A DNA stretch of 64,000 nucleotides, taken from assembly GCA_963702095.1 (NCBI GenBank), contig OY969706.1, positions 1,536,001 to 1,600,000 on the forward strand, written 5' to 3'. The translations under genes and the position numbers were made by a program. Origin of the DNA: Candidatus Bathyarchaeota archaeon. Lineage in GTDB: Archaea > Thermoproteota > Bathyarchaeia > Bathyarchaeales > Bathycorpusculaceae. This document shows, in pieces, positions 20,651 to 33,851 of the stretch; the stretch's first letter is position 1, and the number at the start of each line of letters is the position of its first letter. Under the pieces are notes generated by a model. That model did no database searches, had not been told where the DNA came from, and saw only the letters and a program-made list of their open reading frames with translations.

Positions 20651-20864
20651 AGTGACTGCAAAAATCAGTTACTTCTCTTTTCAAGCTTTTTGCAAACTCA
20701 AAAGCTAATTCTTCAGTATTAAACGGCCCATGCCATTTTCCGTTCTTTCCAGAATCGGGCTGAAAGCCTTGCCCTTGATTACAGAAACTACAGTTTCCTT
20801 TATGCACACGAGCTTTTCCACCGCTTACAGCACGCCAATTCTCATAAACCCACCAAGACATCAA
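20637..20864 (-). CDS. Small putative metal-binding protein
   Basis: VH..NCSFCN..GKWHGPF..CSHC; overlaps the GT2 start. Confidence 0.7.
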   Translation of the reverse strand: MMSWWVYENWRAVSGGKARVHKGNCSFCNQGQGFQPDSGKNGKWHGPFNTEELAFEFAKSLKREVTDFCSHCVEG

Positions 20865-20998
20865 ACAATCCCGTGGCTACTTGAGAAACCATTCTTTTAA
20901 ACAATTCCTATAAATAATAGGAGCAAACGTCCTCTATCATTTATGAATATTTATTTTCCGAATAATAATGGGATTTTTTTATACAAAATGTTATTTAG

Positions 20999-24171
<3,173 letters not shown>

Positions 24172-24284
24172 GCCCTTTTCCCTCTGCGCCCCTTGTTTGG
24201 TGGTGGCTTACCTATTATTCCACTGGAGAGTTTAAACTTAACTAAGAAAACCGAATAAAAAGAAAACCCTGAGTCCGCTGGGTG

Positions 24285-25331
24285 CTATTCGGGGCAGGGT
24301 TGCTGTTGGCTGATGCAGTGTATGGTGCCGAAGCCGTAGACTAAGTCGCCGCAGAATATCCCCACCACTTTCCGAGTTGGGAACTGCTCCTGTAGAATTG
24401 CCAACGCCCTCTCGTCGTTTGGATGGTTGAAGATGGGCACCAAGACTTTGGTGTTGCCTATGTAGAAGTTGGTGTAGCTTGCGGGAAGACGGTAGCCTTC
24501 GTCGCTTATGACTTTAGGCATGGGCAACTTGGCGATTTTGAGTTTTCCGCCGTCTTGATCCACTGATTCAGTGAGTAGCGTATAGTTTTCTTTTAGGACA
24601 GCATAGTCTGCGTCGTTGGGGTCATCTTCGTATGCACATACGATAGTGTTGGAGTTAACGAAACGCGCCAAGTCATCTATGTGGCCGTCGGTGTCGTCGC
24701 CTAAGATGCCCCGCTTAAGCCAAATAAAATGCCGCACCCCCAAGTAGTTTCTGAGGTACTGCTCGATCTGTTCCTTGTTGAGGTCGGGGTTGCGGTTGCT
24801 GTTTAGCAGGCACTGCTCGGTCGTGAGTAGGGTGCCCAAGCCGTTGACGTCTATGGAACCGCCTTCCAAAACGACGCCGGGTTTGTAATATCGAAGTCCC
24901 ATTTTCTTGTTGATTACGTCGGGGATTTCTTTGTCTCGAAGCAGGGTTTCGTATTTTTCGCCCCAACTGTTGAAGTCCCAGTGGATCATCGCCAACTCAT
25001 GCTCGGGGTTGCTTACGAAGATGGGACCGTAGTCGCGGAACCAAACGTCGGCGTAATCGGAAACCCAGATGTGTACCCGCTCCAAGTTGATGCTCGCATG
25101 CTGCAATATGGCGGTGGCTTTCTTTTTTGTGGGTTCATCAATGACGAAAAGGTTGACTTCTTCGCTTTCATGAATCTCCTTGATGATTTGCACGTAGGTT
25201 GCCTCAACCCGCTCGACTCGGTCGGGGAAAGTGGTTGGGTCATAGGGCCAAGCAAGCCAAATCGCCGCGTGCCGCTGCCACTCCGCAGGCATAGTAAACC
25301 CAAGTTCACAGGGAACTTTTTCGGCGCTCAC
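24285..25331 (-). CDS. aguA: Agmatine deiminase
   Basis: MPAEW, WFRDYGP, LEGGSIDVNG, DTDGHIDD, ASYTNF, GTIHCISQQQP; GTG start overlapping the upstream stop. Confidence 0.92.
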   Translation of the reverse strand: MSAEKVPCELGFTMPAEWQRHAAIWLAWPYDPTTFPDRVERVEATYVQIIKEIHESEEVNLFVIDEPTKKKATAILQHASINLERVHIWVSDYADVWFRDYGPIFVSNPEHELAMIHWDFNSWGEKYETLLRDKEIPDVINKKMGLRYYKPGVVLEGGSIDVNGLGTLLTTEQCLLNSNRNPDLNKEQIEQYLRNYLGVRHFIWLKRGILGDDTDGHIDDLARFVNSNTIVCAYEDDPNDADYAVLKENYTLLTESVDQDGGKLKIAKLPMPKVISDEGYRLPASYTNFYIGNTKVLVPIFNHPNDERALAILQEQFPTRKVVGIFCGDLVYGFGTIHCISQQQPCPE

Positions 25332-26202
25332 TATTCTGAGTCCTCCGCTTTCTTTTTGACTAGGGGACCATAAGTGTCTGGGCACCTGTTGCGCAGAAAA
25401 CCCCAACCCTCTTGGATCTGCTGGTTCTTAACCAAATCCACATTGGCAACGAGTACCTGCTCGCTAATGGTGCTTGCCTCAGCAATGACCTTACCGAACG
25501 AATCGCAGACAAAGCTGCCGCCCCAAAACTCGAGCCAGCCCTCTTCGCCAACCCGATTCACCGCCGCCACGTGGACGCCGTTTGCGATTGCGTGAGCACG
25601 TTGCACGGTTCTCCAAGCGTCATGCCAGTCGCCGTCTTTGGAGGTGTGTCCTTTGATGTAGCCGATGGCAGTGGGGTAAAAGATGATTTCTGCCCCTGCC
25701 AATGCGCAGATGCGTGCGGGTTCAGGGAACCATTGGTCGTAGCAGATGAGTGTGCCGATTTTGGCGTATGCAGTCTGGACAACTTTATATTCTTCTTTTC
25801 CTTCTTCGAAATAGTTTTTTTCGTAGAAGTAGGGGTCATAGGGGATGTGAGCTTTTCGGTATTTGCCTGCGATGGAGCCGTCGGCGTCGATTATGGCGGC
25901 GGTGTTATAGAATTTGCCTTCAGCGCTCTTTTCGAATAGGGGGGCGATAATTACTATTTTGTATTTTTTTGCCAATTCAGCGAAGACTTTGGTGGATTCT
26001 CCAGGGATGGATTCTGCCAAAGGCGCCGCGTCCACTTTTTCTTCTTGTGGAAAATACCTTGTGCGGTAGAGTTCTTGGAGGCAAATGATCTGGGCGCCTC
26101 TCTGTGCGGCTTGGATAATTTTCTGTCCTGTTTTAGCCATGTTTTCAGCTATGTTTTCTGTGACGGTGGTTTGGATAAGCCCAATAGTTACGACTTTCGC
26201 AT
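25331..26202 (-). CDS. aguB: N-carbamoylputrescine amidase (nitrilase family)
   Basis: CLQELY, YRKAHIP, EKNYF, ICYDQWFPE, FYPTAIG; homology extends upstream of 26140 (KVVTIGLIQ), probable 1-nt loss just after ATG at 26202. Confidence 0.85.
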
Positions 26203-26625
26203 TTTTTTTATGAGCAGTTATAGTTTGTCCACCCTTGATTGCAATTAATTTATTGGCTGTTCTATTAACTTTTTTGAGGACACAAAAAGATAATCAATCC
26301 TAAAACAGGCCGTTCCAAGCGAAGGGACAAAAACCCGCTCTAGTCAAATGCATTCAAATCATCAAGGAACAATCATGTTGAAGGCTAGAAACATAACATT
26401 TGAAAGCATTTGTTTATGGTGGATCGGTTAGCAAACTTTAATTCCTATGTAGTGCATGCTGGGTTCCCGATGAAATTTAATGGACAGGCGTCAAGTTATC
26501 CATAAAAATCGTGAGCCCACTCAGCCTATACTTGACTGTTTTAACGACTCAGTTACTTATCGACTTAAACTCGCTGCGAATTCATTCATTCGCCGAACTC
26601 AAACGGAAAGGACCCTGAAACACCG

Positions 26626-28438
26626 TTGCATATAGGGAAAGCAAATTTTTCTTGGAGGGAAATAGGGTACCTAAGAAAATGGGTTCCCATCGCCATCTTA
26701 ATAGGCATAGTAAGCGGTGTAGGCGCCCTAATATTTGACCAAGCAATCAAATTCTTCAGCAGTCTATTGCTAGGCGGCATCGCCGGTTACTATCCGCCTA
26801 CACCAATAGGGGAAGGTGCACTACTGCCTACAACCGCGTTCAACCCCTTCTTACTAGTAGCCGTAACAACACTAGGCGGTTTAATAAGCGGAATCATCGT
26901 TTTCGGATTAGCACCCGAAGCCGAGGGTCACGGAACAGACTCCGCCATCGACGCCTTCCACAACAAAAAAGGCTCCATCCGATCAAGAATCCCCGTCATA
27001 AAACTTTTAGCATCTGCTATAACAATAGGTTCTGGAGGAAGCGCAGGCCAGAAGGCCCCACCGCACAAATGGCCGCGGGCTTCGGTTCATTTTTAGGAAA
27101 ACTGATGCATCTGAGCGCCCGTGACCGGCGGATTGCACTTGCTGTGGGTATAGGCGCGGGTATCGGCGCAATTTTCAAGGCGCCCTTCGGCGGAGCCATC
27201 TTAGCAGCTGAAATCCTCTACATAGCTGATTTTGAAGTTGACACTTTACTTCCCGCGTTCATCGCCTCAACGGTCGGTTACAGCATTTACGGCATTGTTA
27301 ACGGTTGGACCCCCATCTTCGGCGAAGTAAACTTAGGCGCTTTTCAAGACCCCATCAATTTGCCACTATACGCTGTTCTGGGAATAGCCTGTGGGTTACT
27401 GGGCATAGTTTACGTCAGGAGTTTCTATGGAATAAAACAGGTGTTCCATAAATTAAAGATTCCAAATTTCGTCAAACCCGCCATAGGCGGCTTGCTGGTA
27501 GGGGTAATCGGCGTATTCTTCCCCCAAATCTTAGGAGTAGGTTACGGTTGGCTCCAACTTTTAATGGACGGCAACTTTCTGCTCTTGCCGCTGATGCTTC
27601 TTCCAATAATTTTAGTTTTAAAGATCCTTGCAACATCGTTAACTGTCGGTTCAGGTGGAAGCGGCGGTGTCTTTGGCCCCGGCTTAGTAATCGGAGGCAC
27701 ACTTGGAGCAATAATCTGGTACATATTTAGTTACTTTATACCGAATTTCCAAGTAAACATCGCCGTGTTTGTCATCGTGGGCATGATGGCTTTCTTTGGA
27801 GGAGTAGGAAAAGTGCCGGTTGCAGTAATATTGATGGCTAGCGAAATGACTGGAACATTGGCGCTTCTGGTACCGTCCATGATAGCGACGGCAATTGCCT
27901 ATGTGATAACGGGCAAGTACACAATTTATAAGAGCCAAGTCGCAGCTCCAGAGCTGAATCACCCGCCCACAGAGGAGAATACTCCATTCCGTTATTAGAA
28001 AAACTGAATGTAAAAGATGCCATGACTGAACGTGTGATTACTATTTACCCTGATATGTCCATTTCTGATGCGGCGGCGACCATGGAGAAAAACGGCATAC
28101 GAGGGCTGCCCGTAACAACTCCTCAGGGCGATCTAGTGGGCATTGTCACCAGTTCAGATGTGCTACAAACTCATCCTGACCAGCGGAGCAAAAAAACAGT
28201 GGCAACCATAATGTCAAAAGACATCGTTGTAACCTACCCCAACGAATACTTGTCTGTGGTTCTTGAAAAAATGACGGGTAACCAAATAGGGCGGTTGCCT
28301 GTAGTTAACCCTGGCAAAGAGAAACGTCTAGTTGGGATAATTACCCGCGAAGACATCTGGCGTATCTATAGGATTGAAGTCAACTCGAGGTTAGATGAGC
28401 AAAACAAGCTTTCTGGAAACACCACAGAAGAATCTTAG
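26626..28438 (+). pseudogene. ClC chloride channel/antiporter with C-terminal CBS pair, 2 frameshifts
   Basis: AEGHGT, GSGGSAG[x]EGP broken at ~27050, FKAPFGG, GSGGVFGP, SQV..SPAH broken at ~27945, then CBS domains in 28022-28438. Confidence 0.85.
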
Positions 28439-28542
28439 CCTCATCCTTTAGAGCGCCATGAAAGCTGCCTTGCGCCACATCAACTGCCAGATAGGATAAA
28501 TAGTAATAAGTAGGTGCCTCCAAGTATTTTTGAGGACAAGAC

Positions 28543-29094
28543 ATGTCAGCTAAAATCCCCGTAAAAATTTCTTCCGCCACAAGGTTGCTTCACCCTATGC
28601 ACACCGTCCTGGTTTCATGCGTCGGCAACTCAGGCAAACCCAACGCAACCACTTTGGCGTGGGCGATGCCGACCTCAGCTAACCCTCCGCTCTTAGCCAT
28701 CAGCATAGCACCCACCCGCCACTCTCACAGTTTAATCGAGCAATCAGGCGAATTCACCGTAAACATCCCTACCATAGAAACGTTGCAGGCAGTGTATGCA
28801 TGCGGCTCCCTCACTGGCAGAAGCTTTGATAAATTTAAAAAGGCAAACCTCACCCCCATGCCGGGCAAAAAAGTTAAGGCACCAGCCATCCGCGAATGCA
28901 TTGCGCATCTGGAATGTGAAGTGGACGGTCAGATGACAACCGGCGACCACACGGTTTTCATAGGCAAAATTGTGGAAGCCTACGCGGACATGGGTGTCTT
29001 CTCTGAATCCTACGACCTCAAAAAAGCCCGTGTGCTATTCCACGTGGGCGGCAACAACTTTGCATTGCTTGACCCTAAACTCTACAAAGGCTAA
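28543..29094 (+). CDS. Flavin reductase family protein
   Basis: PNATTLAW, PPLLAISI, GEFTVNIP, AHLECEV, GDHTVFIG. Confidence 0.9.
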   Translation: MSAKIPVKISSATRLLHPMHTVLVSCVGNSGKPNATTLAWAMPTSANPPLLAISIAPTRHSHSLIEQSGEFTVNIPTIETLQAVYACGSLTGRSFDKFKKANLTPMPGKKVKAPAIRECIAHLECEVDGQMTTGDHTVFIGKIVEAYADMGVFSESYDLKKARVLFHVGGNNFALLDPKLYKG

Positions 29095-29106
29095 CTGCCT
29101 TTTTCT

Positions 29107-29289
29107 CTATGGTCTGACGCATTCTGCTTTGGGCCTGTAGGGGCGTTTTGTGGTTCTTTTTCGATGGTGGTACGCACATTCACTGATTCGGGTAAGTATC
29201 CAGCCTTTGTCTTGGTAGATGCACCCACAGGGCAGCTTAACCTCTTTTAATTTGTCGGTGTTTTGGGTTGGTTTTTCTGTGTCCGCCAT
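29107..29289 (-). CDS. Small hypothetical protein (CGC..C..H, basic tail)
   Basis: ATG with GGAG upstream; possible Zn-binding. Confidence 0.55.
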   Translation of the reverse strand: MADTEKPTQNTDKLKEVKLPCGCIYQDKGWILTRISECAYHHRKRTTKRPYRPKAECVRP

Positions 29290-29382
29290 GGTTAACTCCA
29301 GCTGCTTGTAGAATAAAAAATAGAGTATATCCTTGGTTTAATTAGCTTTGAAAAATAAGGAGAAAAAAGAATGGTTTTGAAT

Positions 29383-30183
29383 TTATTGTACGTTGGCTGC
29401 TACTGTTGAGATGTCGGCGATGTCAACGCGGTAGTTGTTGTTGAAGTCCATGCTTAAGTCGAAATTGCCCCAGCCAGGCATTGCACCGTAGCATTGACCA
29501 ATAGTCCTAACGTCCGCACGGGTTACAATGCTGTTTGTTGCCTCGACACCCATCTTGAATGGGTTATTCCACGCTCTTGTTATGGTGCGGAATACTGAAC
29601 CTGAAAGCGAGTCTATGCCGTTTATGGAGAGGGTGAACTTGTTGTTGGCAACTGACAACTCGCCGTAAGCTCTCTGTATGGAACTGTCTTGGTTACGGAG
29701 CACTCTGACGATTTGTCCTTCATCGTTTGTTATGACTGTTACGTTGGCGTTTATGGTTGCAACCGTCCATGTGCCGTTGATGAAGTAGCTGCCTGAACTT
29801 GCATCTACAGTGGAGACTGAAACGTTAGCTAATCTTGCAACATAGTAGACGTAGGTGAAATTCTCTTTTGCCTTGACGTCTTGGATTGCTCTTGAAGTGT
29901 TGGTGGTCCAGATGGCTGTGGCTGCAGCAAACTGGTTGGTTCCTGAAGTTTCATGTGTTGCTTCTCGAGCTTGCGTCTGAAGTGTACCCCTAACGGTTGT
30001 TGTTCCCCACTGGTCTATGACGCCGTTGAGTTTAATCCAGCTTGAAGAGGTTAACCTGTTACTTGCAGCTCTTAAAGGGTCAACATGTAGAGCGGCGGCG
30101 TAACTGAATGTTACGGCAATGGTGCTTACAAGGAGTAATGCTACGACTGCGGTGATTAGTGCTTTATTTTTTGTTGTGTTCAT
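29383..30183 (-). CDS. Secreted protein with C-terminal dockerin-like domain
   Basis: Signal peptide; C-terminus RADVRTIGQCYGAMPGWGNFDLSMDFNNNYRVDIADISTVAAN with a dockerin-type Ca-binding loop. Confidence 0.75.
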   Translation of the reverse strand: MNTTKNKALITAVVALLLVSTIAVTFSYAAALHVDPLRAASNRLTSSSWIKLNGVIDQWGTTTVRGTLQTQAREATHETSGTNQFAAATAIWTTNTSRAIQDVKAKENFTYVYYVARLANVSVSTVDASSGSYFINGTWTVATINANVTVITNDEGQIVRVLRNQDSSIQRAYGELSVANNKFTLSINGIDSLSGSVFRTITRAWNNPFKMGVEATNSIVTRADVRTIGQCYGAMPGWGNFDLSMDFNNNYRVDIADISTVAANVQ

Positions 30184-30270
30184 GTTTAATCACTTGTTTT
30201 CTTCAACAAACCTCTTGCTGAAAGAAAATAAAAGCGTTTCTGACCCTCAATTCTTGAAACAAACCCAAAT

Positions 30271-30310
30271 ATAGTTCATAATAGTTCACGACCGTTCAAT
30301 TGAGTCCAAT
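30271..30310. promoter_or_regulatory. 10-bp-phased direct repeats (GTTCA core), candidate operator
   Basis: ATAGTTCATA ATAGTTCACG ACCGTTCAAT TGAGTCCAAT in the divergent intergenic region. Confidence 0.55.
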
Positions 30311-30479
30311 TCAATTTAAGCGGCAGTACTGCACCCTTTTCTACCCTAACAGGCATCCGACGCCAATATTTCAGCAATACGCTAAACTGCTAGTGTAGAA
30401 CAACCCTATCCAAAGCGGGGGCGGAGAAAGCCTTAAAGTATCACCTAACAAATATGGAGCACATTCCCCGTGAGGTAAA

Positions 30480-31400
30480 ATGAGCCACCGTTACCTAACT
30501 ATCTGCATAGTAACATGTGCCCTACTGCTACTGGCAATTCCTATGCAAATAGTTGAGTGCCAAAACTACTATGAATACCACATCCAAATCCGAAGCGACG
30601 GCTCAGCACTCTGGACCATAAAACAGTTCTCCAACGCCAACGCAACAACCGAAACCTGGGAATCATTGCAGACAAAAATCTTCAACCTCCTCGACGCCGC
30701 CTCCAGCGCAACCAACCGAGAAATGGACATCGATGAAAACTCTCTCCAAATAAACACCAACATATCCTCAGACTCAAAAACAACCGAATACACTTTTTTG
30801 TGGCTAAACTTTAGCGTAGTCCAAAACAGCGAAATCTCCTTCGGCGACGTCTTTAGGGTTCACGGTTTTTTTGGTTATCTTTTTGGCGATGCAGCACTAA
30901 AAATTAGCTATCCCGCAGAGTATACTGTTAAATCGGTTTATCCCCCGCCTACCGAGCGGCAGGACACTTTGCAGTCGTGGACGTGGGCGAGGACTCAGGA
31001 CTTAACCGGCAGCACATCGGTAGTTTTAACCCAAAACGGCACCAACCAAAACACAGCTAACGGCGGCATTCGATTTGGCTTGATTATATCCGTGGTTTTG
31101 GTGGCTGCAGTAAGCGTTTCACTCGTCGGTTTTTACATGTTTAAACGGCATAAAAACCACGGCAAATCCGTCTTGTCCCCCGTTGAGGAACAGTCACGCA
31201 TTGAGAGCGAAGAGGAAAAGATCATAAGGCTTCTTAGGACTTCAGGCGGTACCTTGCGCCAATCAGAGATTACTGATAGCCTCAAGTTTTCCAAGGCTAA
31301 AACAAGTCAACTCTTGACCGCACTCGAAACCGGGGGAATTCTGACAAGGTATAAGAAGGGGCGGGATAAAATAGTGACCCTCAAGAAGGGAGATCGGTGA
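30480..31400 (+). CDS. Membrane-anchored one-component regulator (extracellular domain - TM - cytoplasmic winged HTH)
   Basis: Signal peptide, beta-rich ectodomain, TM, then EEKIIRLL..GGTLRQSEI..LKFSKAKTSQLLTALE..GILTRYKKGRDKIV. Confidence 0.82.
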   Translation: MSHRYLTICIVTCALLLLAIPMQIVECQNYYEYHIQIRSDGSALWTIKQFSNANATTETWESLQTKIFNLLDAASSATNREMDIDENSLQINTNISSDSKTTEYTFLWLNFSVVQNSEISFGDVFRVHGFFGYLFGDAALKISYPAEYTVKSVYPPPTERQDTLQSWTWARTQDLTGSTSVVLTQNGTNQNTANGGIRFGLIISVVLVAAVSVSLVGFYMFKRHKNHGKSVLSPVEEQSRIESEEEKIIRLLRTSGGTLRQSEITDSLKFSKAKTSQLLTALETGGILTRYKKGRDKIVTLKKGDR

Positions 31401-31407
31401 ATAAACA

Positions 31408-32064
31408 ATGGCAAAAACACGTAAGATATCTATAGTTGTGTTATCCGTTTTACTCTTCAGTTTAATCTCAGTTTGCTTAGTTTTTGGCGCTGCCGCACAG
31501 AACGTGACCGTACGTGCAGAAGTTTCCTCCAGTCAACCACAGGTCGGAGACACCTTAACAGTTACTATTAAACTCTCCAATGCCCAAGACGTCTACGGAG
31601 TCGATGTTGCCTTGGACTGGAACCCAGCGGTTCTTAGAGCAATCAGCGCAACCCCAATACTGGGCGTGGAATCGCATTCAGGAGGCGTATTGCATGAGTC
31701 AGAAACTTACCCCATCGACGTTGAAGATGATTCCCTAACCGATGGACAGTACCATCTCTTAGCCACCTCCGTTGGTGCCTCTACCCCCGGGTTTAGCGGC
31801 GACGGAACCATAGCTACCGTCGAATTCAACATCACAAGCGCCGGTTCAACAGGCTTAGCATTGGATAACGTCGAATTGGCAATAAAGGGCAATGAGAACC
31901 CTGTTGACCCGTCGACCTCCGTGGATTCGGTAAACGTGGTGGTCCCAGAGTTTCCAGTTGCCGCCATCATTGTCGGGATTGTCGTTGCCTCGGTAACGGT
32001 GGTAGCCGCCACTAAACTATTTAAACGGAAAATGTTGGCTCCTTCCAAGTTAGCAACACTATAA
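31408..32064 (+). CDS. Cohesin-domain surface protein with PEF-CTERM-like anchor
   Basis: Signal peptide; VGDTLTVTIKLSNAQDVYGVDVALDWNPAVL..SGDGTIATVEF cohesin pattern; VPEF-TM-KRK. Confidence 0.8.
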   Translation: MAKTRKISIVVLSVLLFSLISVCLVFGAAAQNVTVRAEVSSSQPQVGDTLTVTIKLSNAQDVYGVDVALDWNPAVLRAISATPILGVESHSGGVLHESETYPIDVEDDSLTDGQYHLLATSVGASTPGFSGDGTIATVEFNITSAGSTGLALDNVELAIKGNENPVDPSTSVDSVNVVVPEFPVAAIIVGIVVASVTVVAATKLFKRKMLAPSKLATL

Positions 32065-32112
32065 ACCCTGCATTTGTTTTTTCTTTTATCGGTTTTTTGG
32101 AGGCTGGTATGT

Positions 32113-32290
32113 TGCTTCACACCCACACGCAGCCTCACCCGACATGGAGCCATGTACCGTTGTGTGGGAGAAAATGCACTTCTCACACCGAAACAGAGGC
32201 AGAAAAACAATGCAACCAAAAAAAGCAACCGCCTCCAGTTACAGTCTTGTGGCACCCCACAAACCACCACACCCACATAAAGACAAAAAA
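32113..32290 (+). repeat. Dispersed structured repeat family A, copy 1
   Basis: 58-nt exact match (32226-32283) to the reverse complement of 37414-37471; colinear similarity across ~180 nt. Confidence 0.9.
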
Positions 32291-32410
32291 CCGCTCAAAC
32301 CCCACTGATAGGGAGCGGAAATGCGGCAGAGATATAACAATCGATTCTTTGCTTGACCTAAAATTTCTCTATCACACTGGAAATCCTTAAAAGCCCTCTG
32401 CACCTATGCG

Positions 32411-33808
32411 GTGAAGTGGAGAAATGCTGCTTTGGTTTCAGAGGAAAAAAATAAGCCCACAGTGGACGAGTTGCTTGCAAAAGCCAAAAAACCCGCTCAG
32501 CTCTCGCCGCCCATGCACCGTTTCTACGAGGGGAAAATGCAGGTTATCCCCAAATGTGCAATCAGAAGCGTAGACGACTTCGCCATATGGTACACTCCGG
32601 GTGTTGCGGCGGCATGCAAAGAGATCCAAGCGTCAAGCGACAAATCCTTCGAATTAACCAACCGATGGAACTACGTTGCCGTAGTCACAGATGGCACCCG
32701 CGTTTTGGGTTTAGGCGACATCGGACCTGAAGCAGCCCTGCCTGTTATGGAGGGTAAAGCGCTCATCTTCAAGTATTTAGGCGGAGTCGACGCCTTCCCC
32801 ATTTGCCTGCGCACCAAAGATCCAGAGGAAATCATTAAAATCTGCAAAGCGCTCGAACCCACATTCGGCGGTATAAACCTCGAAGACATCGAGAAACCCA
32901 AATGCTTCCATGTGCTCGAGAAGGCACGCTCGGAAATGCAGATTCCGGTTTGGCATGACGACCAACAGGGAACCGCCACCGTCATCTTGGCAGGGTTAAT
33001 GAACGCTTTCAAGTTGGTCGGCAAAAAACCCAAAGAAAGCCTCATTACACTGGTGGGTTCAGGCGCCGCCAACATTAGAACCGCCTATGTGCTTATGAAT
33101 TGGGGCGTAAAACCCGGCAACATAATCCTAGCTGACACCAAAGGCGTCATCTACAAGGGCAGACCCGACATAACCGAAGCAGAAGACCCCTGGAAATACG
33201 ATGTTACCCAAAAAGCCAACGGCGAAGGCAGAAGAGGCGACATCGCAGAAGCCTTCCGCGGAGTCGACGCAGTCGTTGCCGCCTCCAAACCTGGTCCAGG
33301 CACCATCAAAAAGGAATGGGTCAAAAGCATGGCTGACGACGCCATCGTGTTTGCCTGCGCCAACCCTATTCCTGAGATTTGGCCTTGGGAAGCAGAGGAA
33401 GCAGGCGCCAAAGTGGTCGCGACTGGACGCAGTGACTTCCCCAACCAAGTTAACAACAGCCTCGGGTTCCCCGGGATTTTCCGCGGCGTCCTCGACGTTA
33501 AGGCAAAAACTGTTACCGACGACATGTGCATAGCGGCGGCGACGGAGCTTGCCAGGTATGCGGAGGAGCGGGGTATGGATGAGAAGAATCTGTTGCCACG
33601 GATGGATGAATGGGAAGTTTTCCCCCTTGAAGCCGTTGCATGCGCGCTCAAATGCATCGAGCAGGGTGTTGCCCGTGTTAAGCCCAGTCGTGATGAACTC
33701 TTTGAGCGGGCTTCAGCGATAATAAGGAATGCTCGGGCTTCGACTGAGTTGCTTATGAAGCATGGCTTGATTAAGCAGCCTCCAAGCGAGGATGAACTCC
33801 TCAAATAA
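32411..33808 (+). CDS. NAD(P)-dependent malic enzyme
   Basis: YTPGVA, VTDGTRVLGLGDIG, PVMEGKA, INLEDI, HDDQQGT, ATGRSDFPNQVNN. Confidence 0.94.
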   Translation: MKWRNAALVSEEKNKPTVDELLAKAKKPAQLSPPMHRFYEGKMQVIPKCAIRSVDDFAIWYTPGVAAACKEIQASSDKSFELTNRWNYVAVVTDGTRVLGLGDIGPEAALPVMEGKALIFKYLGGVDAFPICLRTKDPEEIIKICKALEPTFGGINLEDIEKPKCFHVLEKARSEMQIPVWHDDQQGTATVILAGLMNAFKLVGKKPKESLITLVGSGAANIRTAYVLMNWGVKPGNIILADTKGVIYKGRPDITEAEDPWKYDVTQKANGEGRRGDIAEAFRGVDAVVAASKPGPGTIKKEWVKSMADDAIVFACANPIPEIWPWEAEEAGAKVVATGRSDFPNQVNNSLGFPGIFRGVLDVKAKTVTDDMCIAAATELARYAEERGMDEKNLLPRMDEWEVFPLEAVACALKCIEQGVARVKPSRDELFERASAIIRNARASTELLMKHGLIKQPPSEDELLK

Positions 33809-33851
33809 TACTTTTTTTCAAAGTTGGGTTTGGGTTACAAAAAATAGAAAG

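Noticed and set aside
32074-32390. Similar short ORFs overlapping family A repeats (also 37331-37681 and 54344-54610)
   Set aside because: Frames and starts are not conserved between copies; the peptide similarity follows from the DNA repeat
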